IMG/VR virus record: IMGVR_UViG_3300021964_000017
Direction: 5' to 3' (one strand)
Source: a virus
Length of the DNA: 64,000 nucleotides
This document shows, piece after piece, positions 9,796 through 19,472 of the stretch (positions within the stretch are counted from its first letter, which is position 1; each line of letters starts with the position of its first letter). A program made the translations under genes and the position numbers. The notes under the pieces are model-generated. The model saw only the letters and a list, made by a program, of their open reading frames with translations. It was not told where the DNA came from and made no database searches.

Positions 9796-10528
9796 TTAAG
9801 TACACCACTCCTGACGGCATTTTTTTTCTATATATTTCTTCAATAGAGTGTTTAGTTACCATATCAGTAATAGTAGCAGCTTCTAATATATCTTGCTGTC
9901 CATATTCGTTTATGAAATTAAAACTATCGTTTGTAAATGTGGGAGACGAATAAAATCTATCTGTAACAAGCCATTTGTGCAGATGCGCTCCATACGATTT
10001 AACTAAGTCAGATATTTCTGCAATATGCTTTTCGTTATGTTTGAAAACAATAGTTAGAGCATGAACTGTAGCGGATGTGCTTGAGAGCTCTTTCATGTGA
10101 TTCAACACTTTACTTAGATCTGTTTTTCGTCTATACTTAGAATGCATTTCCTGAGTACTACCATCAACAGCAAATACTACTGTAAGTTGTTCTTTCCCAA
10201 CACATCCCAGTTCCCACCAAAACTCTTCATCTCTCATAGCACCGTTTGTATCCATAACAATTTTAGACTTACTGTTATCAGTTATATATTGAACTATGGG
10301 AAGAATGTCTTTGTTCATGGCTGGATCACCCCAAGTACCACAGAAGTTATATTCCTGGTGACGAGAAGGAACAGGGAAAACTTTTTTAAAAGTTTCTAAG
10401 TTCCACTGGAGAAGTGGTAACCAGTCTGCTTTACCAAGTCCATTTGGATTGGTTCTATGACACTGAGGGCAAGCTGCATTACAATATGTTGAAACATCTA
10501 GCCATACATTAGGATCTCTTAACCACAT
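9788..10528 (-). CDS. Radical SAM core domain protein
   Basis: CNAACPQC, FCGTWGDP, TNG, FAVDG. Confidence 0.9.
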   Translation of the reverse strand: MWLRDPNVWLDVSTYCNAACPQCHRTNPNGLGKADWLPLLQWNLETFKKVFPVPSRHQEYNFCGTWGDPAMNKDILPIVQYITDNSKSKIVMDTNGAMRDEEFWWELGCVGKEQLTVVFAVDGSTQEMHSKYRRKTDLSKVLNHMKELSSTSATVHALTIVFKHNEKHIAEISDLVKSYGAHLHKWLVTDRFYSSPTFTNDSFNFINEYGQQDILEAATITDMVTKHSIEEIYRKKMPSGVVYLND

Positions 10529-11127
10529 TAAATAACTCCAATCACCATATATCTATCATGGTTTTCAAAGGACATTGTACCACTGTAGTTAATATTTGAT
10601 AGAGGTGTCTTTATTACAAACTCCTCAAGACTATCAACACAATTTACATGATCGTCTACAGAATAGTAGTTATTAGATTGAACAGCCACTATTGTTCCTT
10701 TGTTTAATGATCTGTAGATATGCTCAACGTATTTCTGTTCGATGTGTTCTATACTAGTGTTAATGTAAACTTTACAGTCAGGAACATTTAAAGTTGTATC
10801 TCTTGTTTCAAAGTTTATATTATATTCATTAAACAGATATTCGCCCATTATTTTACATCCTGGGTCAATGTCAGAATTCACTATTGTATTGTCTGGAAAT
10901 TCTTTTCTAAGAAGATATGATGTAAGTCCTAGCCAACCAGCCGCAACATGTATGTCTTCCATACCAATGTAATCTGAAAGGCAGTTAACTAACCACTGCT
11001 TACCAGACCAATGCTTTGGTCCTAGTCCATTGCCAACTTCTTTTATTCTACTTAGGTTTAATTCGTTGGGATTATCATAGATATATTCAACGAGCTTAAA
11101 ACCTCGTTTTAAAATTTCATCATCCAT
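10528..11127 (-). CDS. Class I SAM-dependent methyltransferase-like protein
   Basis: HVAAGWLG motif I, SDIDP, INTSIEH, QSNNY...HVNC, RYMVIG. Confidence 0.75.
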   Translation of the reverse strand: MDDEILKRGFKLVEYIYDNPNELNLSRIKEVGNGLGPKHWSGKQWLVNCLSDYIGMEDIHVAAGWLGLTSYLLRKEFPDNTIVNSDIDPGCKIMGEYLFNEYNINFETRDTTLNVPDCKVYINTSIEHIEQKYVEHIYRSLNKGTIVAVQSNNYYSVDDHVNCVDSLEEFVIKTPLSNINYSGTMSFENHDRYMVIGVI

Positions 11128-11822
11128 TATATAATTTTGTTGAGCACTCCAACAACTGTCTTAGCTGTAGTTTTCTTATCGGACATTTTCTTTACCATCT
11201 CAACAACGTTTTCTTGATTATTGACAACCGTAAGAAATTCCACAATATCTTTTATTGACTTTTCCATATCTTCTGTCGATACACCAGAGGTTATGAAAGA
11301 GTTAATCTTAGTGATTTGATCATTGATTTGTCCATCTCTTTTTTTAGAAAGAGATTCGTGCATAACTACCTTTTTCTGAAGTTCTTTAATAACATTCTCA
11401 GTATGCAGCTGAGCTGCAATAGCTTTTTTCTTCCAGTCTTCCATTCTCTCACGTTCACGCTCAGCATGAACCCTAGCTTCTAAAGAGTGCTTTTGCCACC
11501 TATCTACTTCAGCCTGATATCTTTCAGCTTCTGCCTGATGTCTTTCAGCTTCTGCCTGACACCTATCCAGTTCACCTTGATACAGATCCGCAGCCGCAGT
11601 TTTAGCAACCTCCACAACACTGGCCATTTGTTGTCTTTTAAATTCAGCTGTAGTATCTAAAATCTTATCATCTGTCCAACCTAGATCTTTTAGCGCTTTG
11701 TGCTGCACTGTGTCTGGCTGAATGTACTCTTCAATAATACCATCTTCTTCAGATTGATGCAACACTAAAATAGTGTCTTGTCGATCATTTGTATATCTTG
11801 CTTCTATGATATCTTTATACAT
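11127..11822 (-). CDS. Coiled-coil hypothetical protein with heptad repeat expansion
   Basis: YQGELDR-CQAEAER-HQAEAER-YQAEVDR. Confidence 0.65.
   Translation of the reverse strand: MYKDIIEARYTNDRQDTILVLHQSEEDGIIEEYIQPDTVQHKALKDLGWTDDKILDTTAEFKRQQMASVVEVAKTAAADLYQGELDRCQAEAERHQAEAERYQAEVDRWQKHSLEARVHAERERERMEDWKKKAIAAQLHTENVIKELQKKVVMHESLSKKRDGQINDQITKINSFITSGVSTEDMEKSIKDIVEFLTVVNNQENVVEMVKKMSDKKTTAKTVVGVLNKII
11499..11583. repeat. 21-bp-period tandem repeat
   Basis: tctttcagcttctgcctga at 11520 and 11541 with degenerate flanking copies. Confidence 0.8.
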
Positions 11823-11831
11823 AATTTTTTC

Positions 11832-12752
11832 CTAAACCTGATAAATTCTTAGATAGTATGTGTCTGCTGTCACAGCAGTACCGTTGGGAAACTCTTGAGC
11901 TCTATAGTCGTCAGCAGTTACAAATCTTGTTTGATAATTACCAGAACCGTTTAAGATTGTGTTTGACATACCAGATCCTCTGTTGGTTCCAGTACCATTT
12001 AGACTATATCTGATTCTTGATCCTGCTACCTCTGATGCTACATGTCTCACACAGTTTTTAAGAATTGCATCAAAGCTAGCTGTTGAGTATTCTTGTAAGT
12101 CGTTATCTGATCTGATAAAAACAGGCGGCGAGTATGATATGGCCGATCCTGCATTTACTCTAAACAAATAATAGTTAGTAACAGTAAATGGTTGATCTGT
12201 TGCTTCTATGATCCCACCTGCTGTATAAGCTCCTGTGTTAGCTCTTGTATCGGAAAATACTGGTGTCGAACTAATGAGTGTACTACCAGCTAGACTGGTG
12301 CTTGTGTGTATACGATAAGTTCCTTGTCTATCATTACCATCTGTAAGAATATCAATTTCAGGATATATGAATGTATCATATATATCAGTCAAAGTCATAG
12401 CCTGGATATTTCCATTATTATTAAAAACTGGAAATGCTCTATTGCTCGTGTCAGCAGTTTCTGATGTATTCTCTGTCGATTGATTTATTCTAGAATAGTT
12501 AACAGTAACTGTTCCAGGCTCAGCTGTCTCAGCTTCGGTAGCAAATCTATCAACTCTTGTAATACCGGCTCCAGCTGTTTTTCTGGTATCACTTATTGTA
12601 CCTAAATTACCACCAGAAGATACAACACTAAGATCTACTGACGGATCAGTACCATAAAGATATCTCACCTGAGATTTTATCTCGTTTATCTGTGTCGTCG
12701 TCATCTCTTGGAGATTGCCCCCATTGAGACGAAGCGGAGTCCGTACTGCCAT
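11832..12752 (-). CDS. Virion structural protein (tail-fibre associated)
   Basis: Thr/Ser/Gly rich; internal repeats (GNLQEMT / GNIQAMT / NDLQEYS; NYYLFR / TYYLRI); coupled to the fibre gene. Confidence 0.7.
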   Translation of the reverse strand: MAVRTPLRLNGGNLQEMTTTQINEIKSQVRYLYGTDPSVDLSVVSSGGNLGTISDTRKTAGAGITRVDRFATEAETAEPGTVTVNYSRINQSTENTSETADTSNRAFPVFNNNGNIQAMTLTDIYDTFIYPEIDILTDGNDRQGTYRIHTSTSLAGSTLISSTPVFSDTRANTGAYTAGGIIEATDQPFTVTNYYLFRVNAGSAISYSPPVFIRSDNDLQEYSTASFDAILKNCVRHVASEVAGSRIRYSLNGTGTNRGSGMSNTILNGSGNYQTRFVTADDYRAQEFPNGTAVTADTYYLRIYQV

Positions 12753-12754
12753 TA

Positions 12755-14095
12755 TTAAGATCCTGCGCCATATAACGTCTTTATAGCTGTTCCTGCTGAG
12801 TTATATATGATAAGTGTTACTACGCTGGCTAGCTCTGCAGACCCAACAGCATCATCTGCTATTTTAGCTTGAGTGACAGAGTTTGAAGCCAGGTGTTCCG
12901 CATCAATTGATCCTGCGGCGTAATGCTCTGAGTTGATAGCGTCATCAGCAATCTTAGCACCGGTGACTACATCATTTGCCAAAGTTGTAGCGAAAGAGAC
13001 GTTACCTAAATTTGTTACAGTTCCTGCACCAGTTACTGCTCCTGTTAACGTAATACTAAAATCACCAACATCAAAATCGAGTGTGTTATCATCATCTTGA
13101 TAAGTTACAGCAATTCCTGACTCTGAGTTGGATGTAACCATTGCACCCACAGTATCAGAGACAAATTCAGATAGACCTGTAATGTTCCCAGTAGTGTGGT
13201 TGTGACTGTTATCAGCAACTGCGACAGTTAGGGTGGCATCACCTAGGTTTGTGAATGTAGCACTACCAGTTGCATCACCATCTAATGTTAGAGTTGGATC
13301 TGCCGTTGTAGCGATACTAACACTACCCAGATTAGTCATTGTACCAGAGCCAGTTACTGCCCCAGTAAGTGTAATCACTGGATCTTTTGCTAGTGATACA
13401 GCACCAGAGCTTACAGAGAAGTCTGCGGAGTCGAACGATGCAATACCCTTGTTGGATGTTGTTGCATCTTCACCCGAAATAGAACCAGAGGAAATATCAA
13501 TACCTTCTCCAGCAGAGAAGTGAGCTCTAACTTCAGTAGCGCTAGGACCTGTGTAAGTAAACACACCAGAAGCCTGATTGTATGAGAACGATCCATCGCC
13601 ACCAGCATCTGTAGCGCTTACTTTATTACGGAAATCTAGATCACTATCAATCCGATCATCAAGTTCGTTAATTGCCGCAACAAGAGTATTCTTTGCTGTT
13701 GTATCAAGATCCGTCAGATTACCAATTTGAGCCAGCTGTTCACTTGACCCAGAATCGAGTAGATCTGTTTGAGTCTTCAATTCATTCAATGCAGACATAA
13801 CAGTTGTTGCTGTGAACGTCGCGCCAAAAGCTCTAGTAGGTTCTATTCTTGCTACTAGTCTGTCTCTGTCAGAATCAAGTTCATTAACCGCTCCGGTGAG
13901 ATTCTTGGCACCTGTTGTTAGGTTAGTGTGTGGCCTTGCTCCAATGTCAGAGTCTAGCTCATTAATACCACCAACAATATCTGAGTCTACTGTCGTTGTA
14001 AGATTTCCTCTCCAACCGACATCAGCAGAAACAATGTTAACTTTCTCTTGAAAAGTTTTTATTGTATCACTTATATTTACAATCTGCTTTGGCAT
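12755..14095 (-). CDS. Tail fibre protein
   Basis: Repeats L.T.AK.L..A(I/V)NELD and ITLTGAVTG.GT.TNLG; GDGSFSYNQASGVFTYTGPS; VT.AKIADDA. Confidence 0.85.
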   Translation of the reverse strand: MPKQIVNISDTIKTFQEKVNIVSADVGWRGNLTTTVDSDIVGGINELDSDIGARPHTNLTTGAKNLTGAVNELDSDRDRLVARIEPTRAFGATFTATTVMSALNELKTQTDLLDSGSSEQLAQIGNLTDLDTTAKNTLVAAINELDDRIDSDLDFRNKVSATDAGGDGSFSYNQASGVFTYTGPSATEVRAHFSAGEGIDISSGSISGEDATTSNKGIASFDSADFSVSSGAVSLAKDPVITLTGAVTGSGTMTNLGSVSIATTADPTLTLDGDATGSATFTNLGDATLTVAVADNSHNHTTGNITGLSEFVSDTVGAMVTSNSESGIAVTYQDDDNTLDFDVGDFSITLTGAVTGAGTVTNLGNVSFATTLANDVVTGAKIADDAINSEHYAAGSIDAEHLASNSVTQAKIADDAVGSAELASVVTLIIYNSAGTAIKTLYGAGS

Positions 14096-14098
14096 ATC

Positions 14099-14320
14099 TT
14101 ACTTCTCTACTAGTTTGGTCAGTAAATCTTTTATATCACTCATATCATTCTTTAGTTGATCTACATCAGATTTTAGTTGATCCTGCTCCTGCTGTTGCAC
14201 TCGCCAATTGTACTTTCGTTGCCTAGCGAGTGCAGCTTCTGGTCTATTTATATTAACAACTGCACCGGTGTTTGCATCTCTAACTAAATCAGCATGACCT
14301 TCTACTTTCAATTTATCCAT
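14099..14320 (-). CDS. Small conserved protein with C-terminal coiled coil
   Basis: KVEGHADLVRD..TGAVVN...LKNDMSDIKDLL, commonly seen after the VrlC-like gene. Confidence 0.75.
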   Translation of the reverse strand: MDKLKVEGHADLVRDANTGAVVNINRPEAALARQRKYNWRVQQQEQDQLKSDVDQLKNDMSDIKDLLTKLVEK

Positions 14321-14321
14321 G

Positions 14322-17300
14322 TTACACCGTCAGAGCAATAATTCTCAGATCGCCAAAGTGTGGTACTTTAGCACTATTGGTTGACTTCATAACTATCTTA
14401 ACTTGGAATTGATCAAAGTCATTGAGGTTCCCACCAATACCACCTGGCAGATATCTATAGTCTCTGTAGATGTTAGGATTGTCGTCTGATGGCATAGGTA
14501 CTTCCGGAGCAATCAATGTAAAGTCTTGATCAAGCAATCTCCCACCACTGTTTGTTCTATAGTAAACATCAAATGAACATGCAGATGGTTTATTCGCCGC
14601 AAGCATAATCTTTAGACCCTTTGCTTTCTCAGCAAGTGTTACAGGCCGTGTGAGGTGCTTAGCAAGAGTTGAACCACCCCGTGCATTAGTTTCTGCTACT
14701 GAATTCAGGGCATTGTTTTGATCTACTCGGTTGTGGATTGTAGAGATAGATGTTCTCTGCATGTCAACCACCGGAGAAACTTTAGTAGAGACTGTTGATA
14801 GATCTACTTTAAACGTAGATGATTTAATCCCTGTTCCAATGTTAGCATCTGCATTTCGTTTAGAAGCCAGCAACTTAGGAGTCTGGAAGTAGATGTTTCT
14901 ATTAATTGGATATGCTGTGTAGCCTGTCTCTTTTTGATATGCAGTCTCTGAACCAGCCAGAGATTTACCAGAAGTTAACTTACCAGATACAGCAACGTTT
15001 GTTGCAGGTGGAAGAATGTTCTCTACTTTCAACATCATTGTCTCAAACATATTCTGTCTTTCGATAATGAAGTTACCACCACCTGTGGTAGCTGAAGTAG
15101 CATTTGCGCCTGCATTAAATGTGAAGTGATCTCCATCAACAGACGTTACAGTTCTTACACCATTAATGTTATTAGCAGCAATACCGCCAACCGCAGATGC
15201 ACCAGTGATGTTTACATCATCACCTACAATGAAACCATGATCTCTACAAGTAATTTCTACTTTGTCTGGGTCAACTGTCTGGGTCTTAATTGTGTTAGAC
15301 AAGTTAACAGAACCAGGTGAGCTGTTTTCAACAATTGCAGATCCACTATTAGCAAACTCAGCACGACTCAGCTTGAAAGTCATATCTTTTGTTTGATCTG
15401 GTTCCCAAGTTTTACCATTTTGAGACTTGAACAATGAGCCCAATGTGGCTTGTTTTGTTAGCTTTCTTTCTGTTGACCCTAGCAAGAATTCACCCGCTTC
15501 GGCAACATATACATTATACTCATTTGAATCAGACAATAGAACAATACTAAAGTCTGTATCACCAGTTAGATAAACTGGCTCTTCAAAAGTGAATGTTGTG
15601 ATAGCCGTACCGTCATCTGAAGTGGTAATTGCACTGGGTGCTTTAAATACGGTTGAACCAGGAACAATTGCACTTGCAGAAGGTACGCCGTTGACCATTG
15701 GTCTAAGTTGTGCTACAACTGGAGTACCACCTTCAGCTGGCTTGGTTTTAAACCTAACATGAATGCTTGTGATAAACACACCAGTTGTATCTTCAATAGT
15801 AAATGATTGAGCAAGAGGATCTTTCCCTCCACCGGCGACACCACCGCCGCCGCCACCGCCGGCGGCACCGCCGCCGCCACCGCCGCCGCCACCGCCCCCG
15901 CCGGCTTCCACTGTAGTAACGAGAGACTGAAGAGGAACATTAGTTTGTGTTACTCTAAGATCTACAAGTCTTGTCGACAATACAGTTTGCTGTCTGTGAA
16001 TTGTAATACCCTGAGCGTAATATTTTGCAGCTGCAAGAGATGTACAATCTTCTTCATTATTCTTGGTGATGTCAATAAGAGTAAATGTCTTATCACCAGC
16101 CGCAAATTTAATGTTAGTTGTGTTAGGTAGGAAGAACGAACCTTCCAACTTACCATTTGCATCTGTAAGCAACGTGCTTGTTGGTGTATTAGGATGCTCT
16201 GTTAGAGCGTTATACCCCGAAGAGTAATCAGAGTCAACGCTAGAAATTCTTCTAAACGTCTCTTGCTTGACCCAGCTTGCAACACTCTTGTTACCAAAGA
16301 ATGGGAAGTGTCTTGTGTTCGGTTTCAAGCCCTGTGCTCTGAAGAAAATCTTGCGTGAGCGCATGAATGGAATAAATGTTCTGTTGACCTCAACACCTTC
16401 TTCATCTATAAAGGTAGTAGATGTTCTTAAGCCAGATACTTGTACAGCCTGATCAATTCTAAACTGTGGGGTTGTGGTTGTGTTTCCAGACCGAACTGCA
16501 TTGGCATTGTCTTGTTGAGTAGCTCCAGTCAGTGTATCTCCAAGCTGGTTACCAACTGCAATGTTCTCTGCGCCAGACCAGTTAAAGCTCCAGTCATCCC
16601 AGATTTGACCATTGATATTTCCTTGTTCAAATCCACCATCAACAACAATTGGATCAACAAACTCTGTTTCAAACCATTCATCAGACGTTGGCGAAAGTTC
16701 CATGAAGCCACGCTTCTGTACAACAGCGAATGGGTTAACATTCTCCGTGCCGGTCATATATTCATTCTCAAGATAATCAACTTCGCTATAATTTAGATAA
16801 AGGTTATCACCTTTGATTACGATATTGGAGTTACCAGCGTTATCACTGTCGTAGAACAAGTTGACGTTTCTATTAGTAAATGTAGGTCTCATTTGTTTAC
16901 GAGAAGGATCAATGGCAGCTTTATAATCAGGAGCAATAACAAAAGATCTAGATTGGTCTCTAAAGTTATCTACAAAGAAACCTGACTTGTTTCTGCTAAG
17001 ACCTGCAGAGTCAAATACATCAAACTGAGATGTTTCTAACTCAAGCAATGTAAGAGCAGTTGTCTCTTCGAGACTTGCAACACGCTGTTCCAATCTACCA
17101 ATATCAGCCATTGTGAACCGCTTGTAAGTCAGCATCTCACTCTGAATATCATTATCATCAATAACATATGGATTCATTGTTACATTGAACAGGTCCATTG
17201 AATTCTCTGGTGACTTAGGCAGCTTAGGATCAATAGCAGCAGCGCCTCTGACAACTCTAATTTTTCCATCGACATCAATCACTACCTTGGCGTCCTGACC

Positions 17301-19460
17301 TTGGTAGTAGTTTACGTCAAATGTGATTAGATCTGTGGGTCTCGGTAGTTCATTAACTTTTGAGCCCGAACCAAAATCACCTGAGCTGTTGACTACTGGT
17401 CTAAAGTCTAGTACATTACGTAGATTGATAACCTGTCCATCGGCCTTTGTAAGGCTAGGAATATTTTCATATGCAACTTGACCTGTATATGAGTTAACTG
17501 CAAAGAAGTCACCACCAGCGCCATGTTCAAAGTACTTGTACTTAACATACACACTAGATGGCGCTGAGTTACCAGCGATAATATTTAGTTTACCAAGATC
17601 GTAAAAATCATCTCTTTGGCCATTATCTGTCTCGTAGATAGAAGTGATACTATCTCCATCAGAGTCTGTATCTTTAATTACTTCGAATGAGTAGATGTCA
17701 GCTTTATCAAGCGTACAATTGCCACTACTATCTGGAGTAATTGTTTGGGTTCTGTCTGTAAGTGTCTTTGTTCTTACAACACCAGCTGATTTGTTAACAT
17801 ACGCAAGAACTTCATATGGGTTTTGAGACAGAGCTGCACCTGAAATGGCAGCAGACTGTGTCCCTGCACCAGATACACTAGCGTTGATATCAACATCAGA
17901 GTCTGAAGCTCCCATTACCCACAGATTAGTATCTGCAAATGTTTCACCTGTTGCTGTAAGAGAGATTGTTGCATCTCCACTACCATTTGTTTGTGTAGAG
18001 AATCTACGCTGTACGGTCAATGAGATATCTGAAATTGATTGTGGTCTGGTAGTTGGAAGATCAAATAACAAAGAGCTGTTAGCAGCATCTTTTAAAACAG
18101 CTTTTGTATTCTCGAGAACTAGGTTCCAAAAGTCTGTTGCACTATCACCAATTGACTTTACGTCCGCAAAGTTTTGACCAGAGTTCATTGAGATCTCAAA
18201 TAGGTATAGTCTATAATCAGCACCATCTTCTTCTACATGCCGAACTCTTGCTGTACCAATTGTCGATCCGCCGTGACCCACCGCACTTCTAAGATTCATC
18301 TCTTGGAAGATGTTAATATCTGGAATACCTTTTGATCCACCTTTACCATCAACAATGATATAGCTACCATAGTTGGCAGCGACAACCTGGTTATTCTGTG
18401 CTGCGGTTGAACGTGGCTTAGGTACTGTAATAATAGTCTCACCAGTAGTAGCAGCTCTATATCCATCAACATATGCAATGCCTGGACTTAGAATGAAATC
18501 TACTTTAGTATTGTCTGAATCATTTGTCTCAAATAAAAGCTCAAATGGCTTTACAATATAGTCACCAGATTCTTCTTTAGTCCGAAGTGCCAGGACATTA
18601 TCAATTTCGTTATAACTATCGATAGCAGTTACTTGAGAGGAAATAACACCATTAACAATCTTTGCGACTTCAATGTAGTTCTCATCTGAGTCAATTTCAT
18701 CACGAGTCGCTATTGTTAATTGAATTCTATATCTGTCTGCACCAGGCGATGCAAGGTTGGGAGTAGCGCCTTGGTTGTCAAACAACGCTTGATTATCTGA
18801 CGACGATACAATATCCTGAGTAACCTTAAAGCCCAAGCTAGCACTAGGTGTGTTAGAATATTTTGAAATAATCTTTGATTGCTCAGCAGCAAATACAAAG
18901 TGTTCTTGAGCAAAGAAGTCACCACCATGAATAGATGCTTTACATCCTTGGCCCACAGCTGGGTTAGAAATAGTATTGGTAGACTGGACAGTGAGAGTAA
19001 ATGATGAACTAGTTAGTTCTTCGCCTGGAGCAACCCTAATAGGCACCGCACCGCTTGTTCCGCTAGATGTGTTGGTGTAAGTGATGTACAGTGTTGCTGG
19101 ATCCACTCCTGCCGCAGGAACAACTTCCAGAACTCTGAATGAAATGGATCCTGCAGATGTAAATTCAACTCCGACCAGATCCGTAATTGTCACAGGTAGC
19201 TGATTAACTGTTGTGTCCAACTTAACAAATTCATACTCGGTGTTTACAGTAACACCACCAGGATTGATTGCAGCACCTTCTTTAAACAGGTGCTTGCCCA
19301 ATCTAGACATTTCTTTTTGAATGATTGTTTGAAGTTGTGTAAGCTCACGAGCTTGAAGAGCGCGCCCACTATTGAACAACACTCTGTGATAGTTATCACT
19401 GTCTTTAAAGTCATCTCTATAAGTAGATGAAAAAATTTCTGAAGTAAACGTCTGAGCCAT
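14322..19460 (-). CDS. Large baseplate/virion structural protein (VrlC / DUF4815-like)
   Basis: YRDDF...YHRVLF..GRALQARELTQLQT, SPGADRY, RTKEESGDY, KSGFFVDNF, DPLAQSF, GSLFKSQN. Confidence 0.9.
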   Translation of the reverse strand: MAQTFTSEIFSSTYRDDFKDSDNYHRVLFNSGRALQARELTQLQTIIQKEMSRLGKHLFKEGAAINPGGVTVNTEYEFVKLDTTVNQLPVTITDLVGVEFTSAGSISFRVLEVVPAAGVDPATLYITYTNTSSGTSGAVPIRVAPGEELTSSSFTLTVQSTNTISNPAVGQGCKASIHGGDFFAQEHFVFAAEQSKIISKYSNTPSASLGFKVTQDIVSSSDNQALFDNQGATPNLASPGADRYRIQLTIATRDEIDSDENYIEVAKIVNGVISSQVTAIDSYNEIDNVLALRTKEESGDYIVKPFELLFETNDSDNTKVDFILSPGIAYVDGYRAATTGETIITVPKPRSTAAQNNQVVAANYGSYIIVDGKGGSKGIPDINIFQEMNLRSAVGHGGSTIGTARVRHVEEDGADYRLYLFEISMNSGQNFADVKSIGDSATDFWNLVLENTKAVLKDAANSSLLFDLPTTRPQSISDISLTVQRRFSTQTNGSGDATISLTATGETFADTNLWVMGASDSDVDINASVSGAGTQSAAISGAALSQNPYEVLAYVNKSAGVVRTKTLTDRTQTITPDSSGNCTLDKADIYSFEVIKDTDSDGDSITSIYETDNGQRDDFYDLGKLNIIAGNSAPSSVYVKYKYFEHGAGGDFFAVNSYTGQVAYENIPSLTKADGQVINLRNVLDFRPVVNSSGDFGSGSKVNELPRPTDLITFDVNYYQGQDAKVVIDVDGKIRVVRGAAAIDPKLPKSPENSMDLFNVTMNPYVIDDNDIQSEMLTYKRFTMADIGRLEQRVASLEETTALTLLELETSQFDVFDSAGLSRNKSGFFVDNFRDQSRSFVIAPDYKAAIDPSRKQMRPTFTNRNVNLFYDSDNAGNSNIVIKGDNLYLNYSEVDYLENEYMTGTENVNPFAVVQKRGFMELSPTSDEWFETEFVDPIVVDGGFEQGNINGQIWDDWSFNWSGAENIAVGNQLGDTLTGATQQDNANAVRSGNTTTTPQFRIDQAVQVSGLRTSTTFIDEEGVEVNRTFIPFMRSRKIFFRAQGLKPNTRHFPFFGNKSVASWVKQETFRRISSVDSDYSSGYNALTEHPNTPTSTLLTDANGKLEGSFFLPNTTNIKFAAGDKTFTLIDITKNNEEDCTSLAAAKYYAQGITIHRQQTVLSTRLVDLRVTQTNVPLQSLVTTVEAGGGGGGGGGGGGAAGGGGGGGVAGGGKDPLAQSFTIEDTTGVFITSIHVRFKTKPAEGGTPVVAQLRPMVNGVPSASAIVPGSTVFKAPSAITTSDDGTAITTFTFEEPVYLTGDTDFSIVLLSDSNEYNVYVAEAGEFLLGSTERKLTKQATLGSLFKSQNGKTWEPDQTKDMTFKLSRAEFANSGSAIVENSSPGSVNLSNTIKTQTVDPDKVEITCRDHGFIVGDDVNITGASAVGGIAANNINGVRTVTSVDGDHFTFNAGANATSATTGGGNFIIERQNMFETMMLKVENILPPATNVAVSGKLTSGKSLAGSETAYQKETGYTAYPINRNIYFQTPKLLASKRNADANIGTGIKSSTFKVDLSTVSTKVSPVVDMQRTSISTIHNRVDQNNALNSVAETNARGGSTLAKHLTRPVTLAEKAKGLKIMLAANKPSACSFDVYYRTNSGGRLLDQDFTLIAPEVPMPSDDNPNIYRDYRYLPGGIGGNLNDFDQFQVKIVMKSTNSAKVPHFGDLRIIALTV
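15825..15905 (-). repeat. Very GC-rich (GGC/GGT)n poly-glycine tract
   Basis: Encodes AGGGGGGGGGGGGAAGGGGGGGVAGGG immediately before KDPLAQSF. Confidence 0.9.
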
Positions 19461-19472
19461 ACTAGTCTTCCA

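Noticed and set aside
15713-16130. Ala-rich alternative-frame ORFs
   Set aside because: By-products of the GC-rich poly-Gly tract
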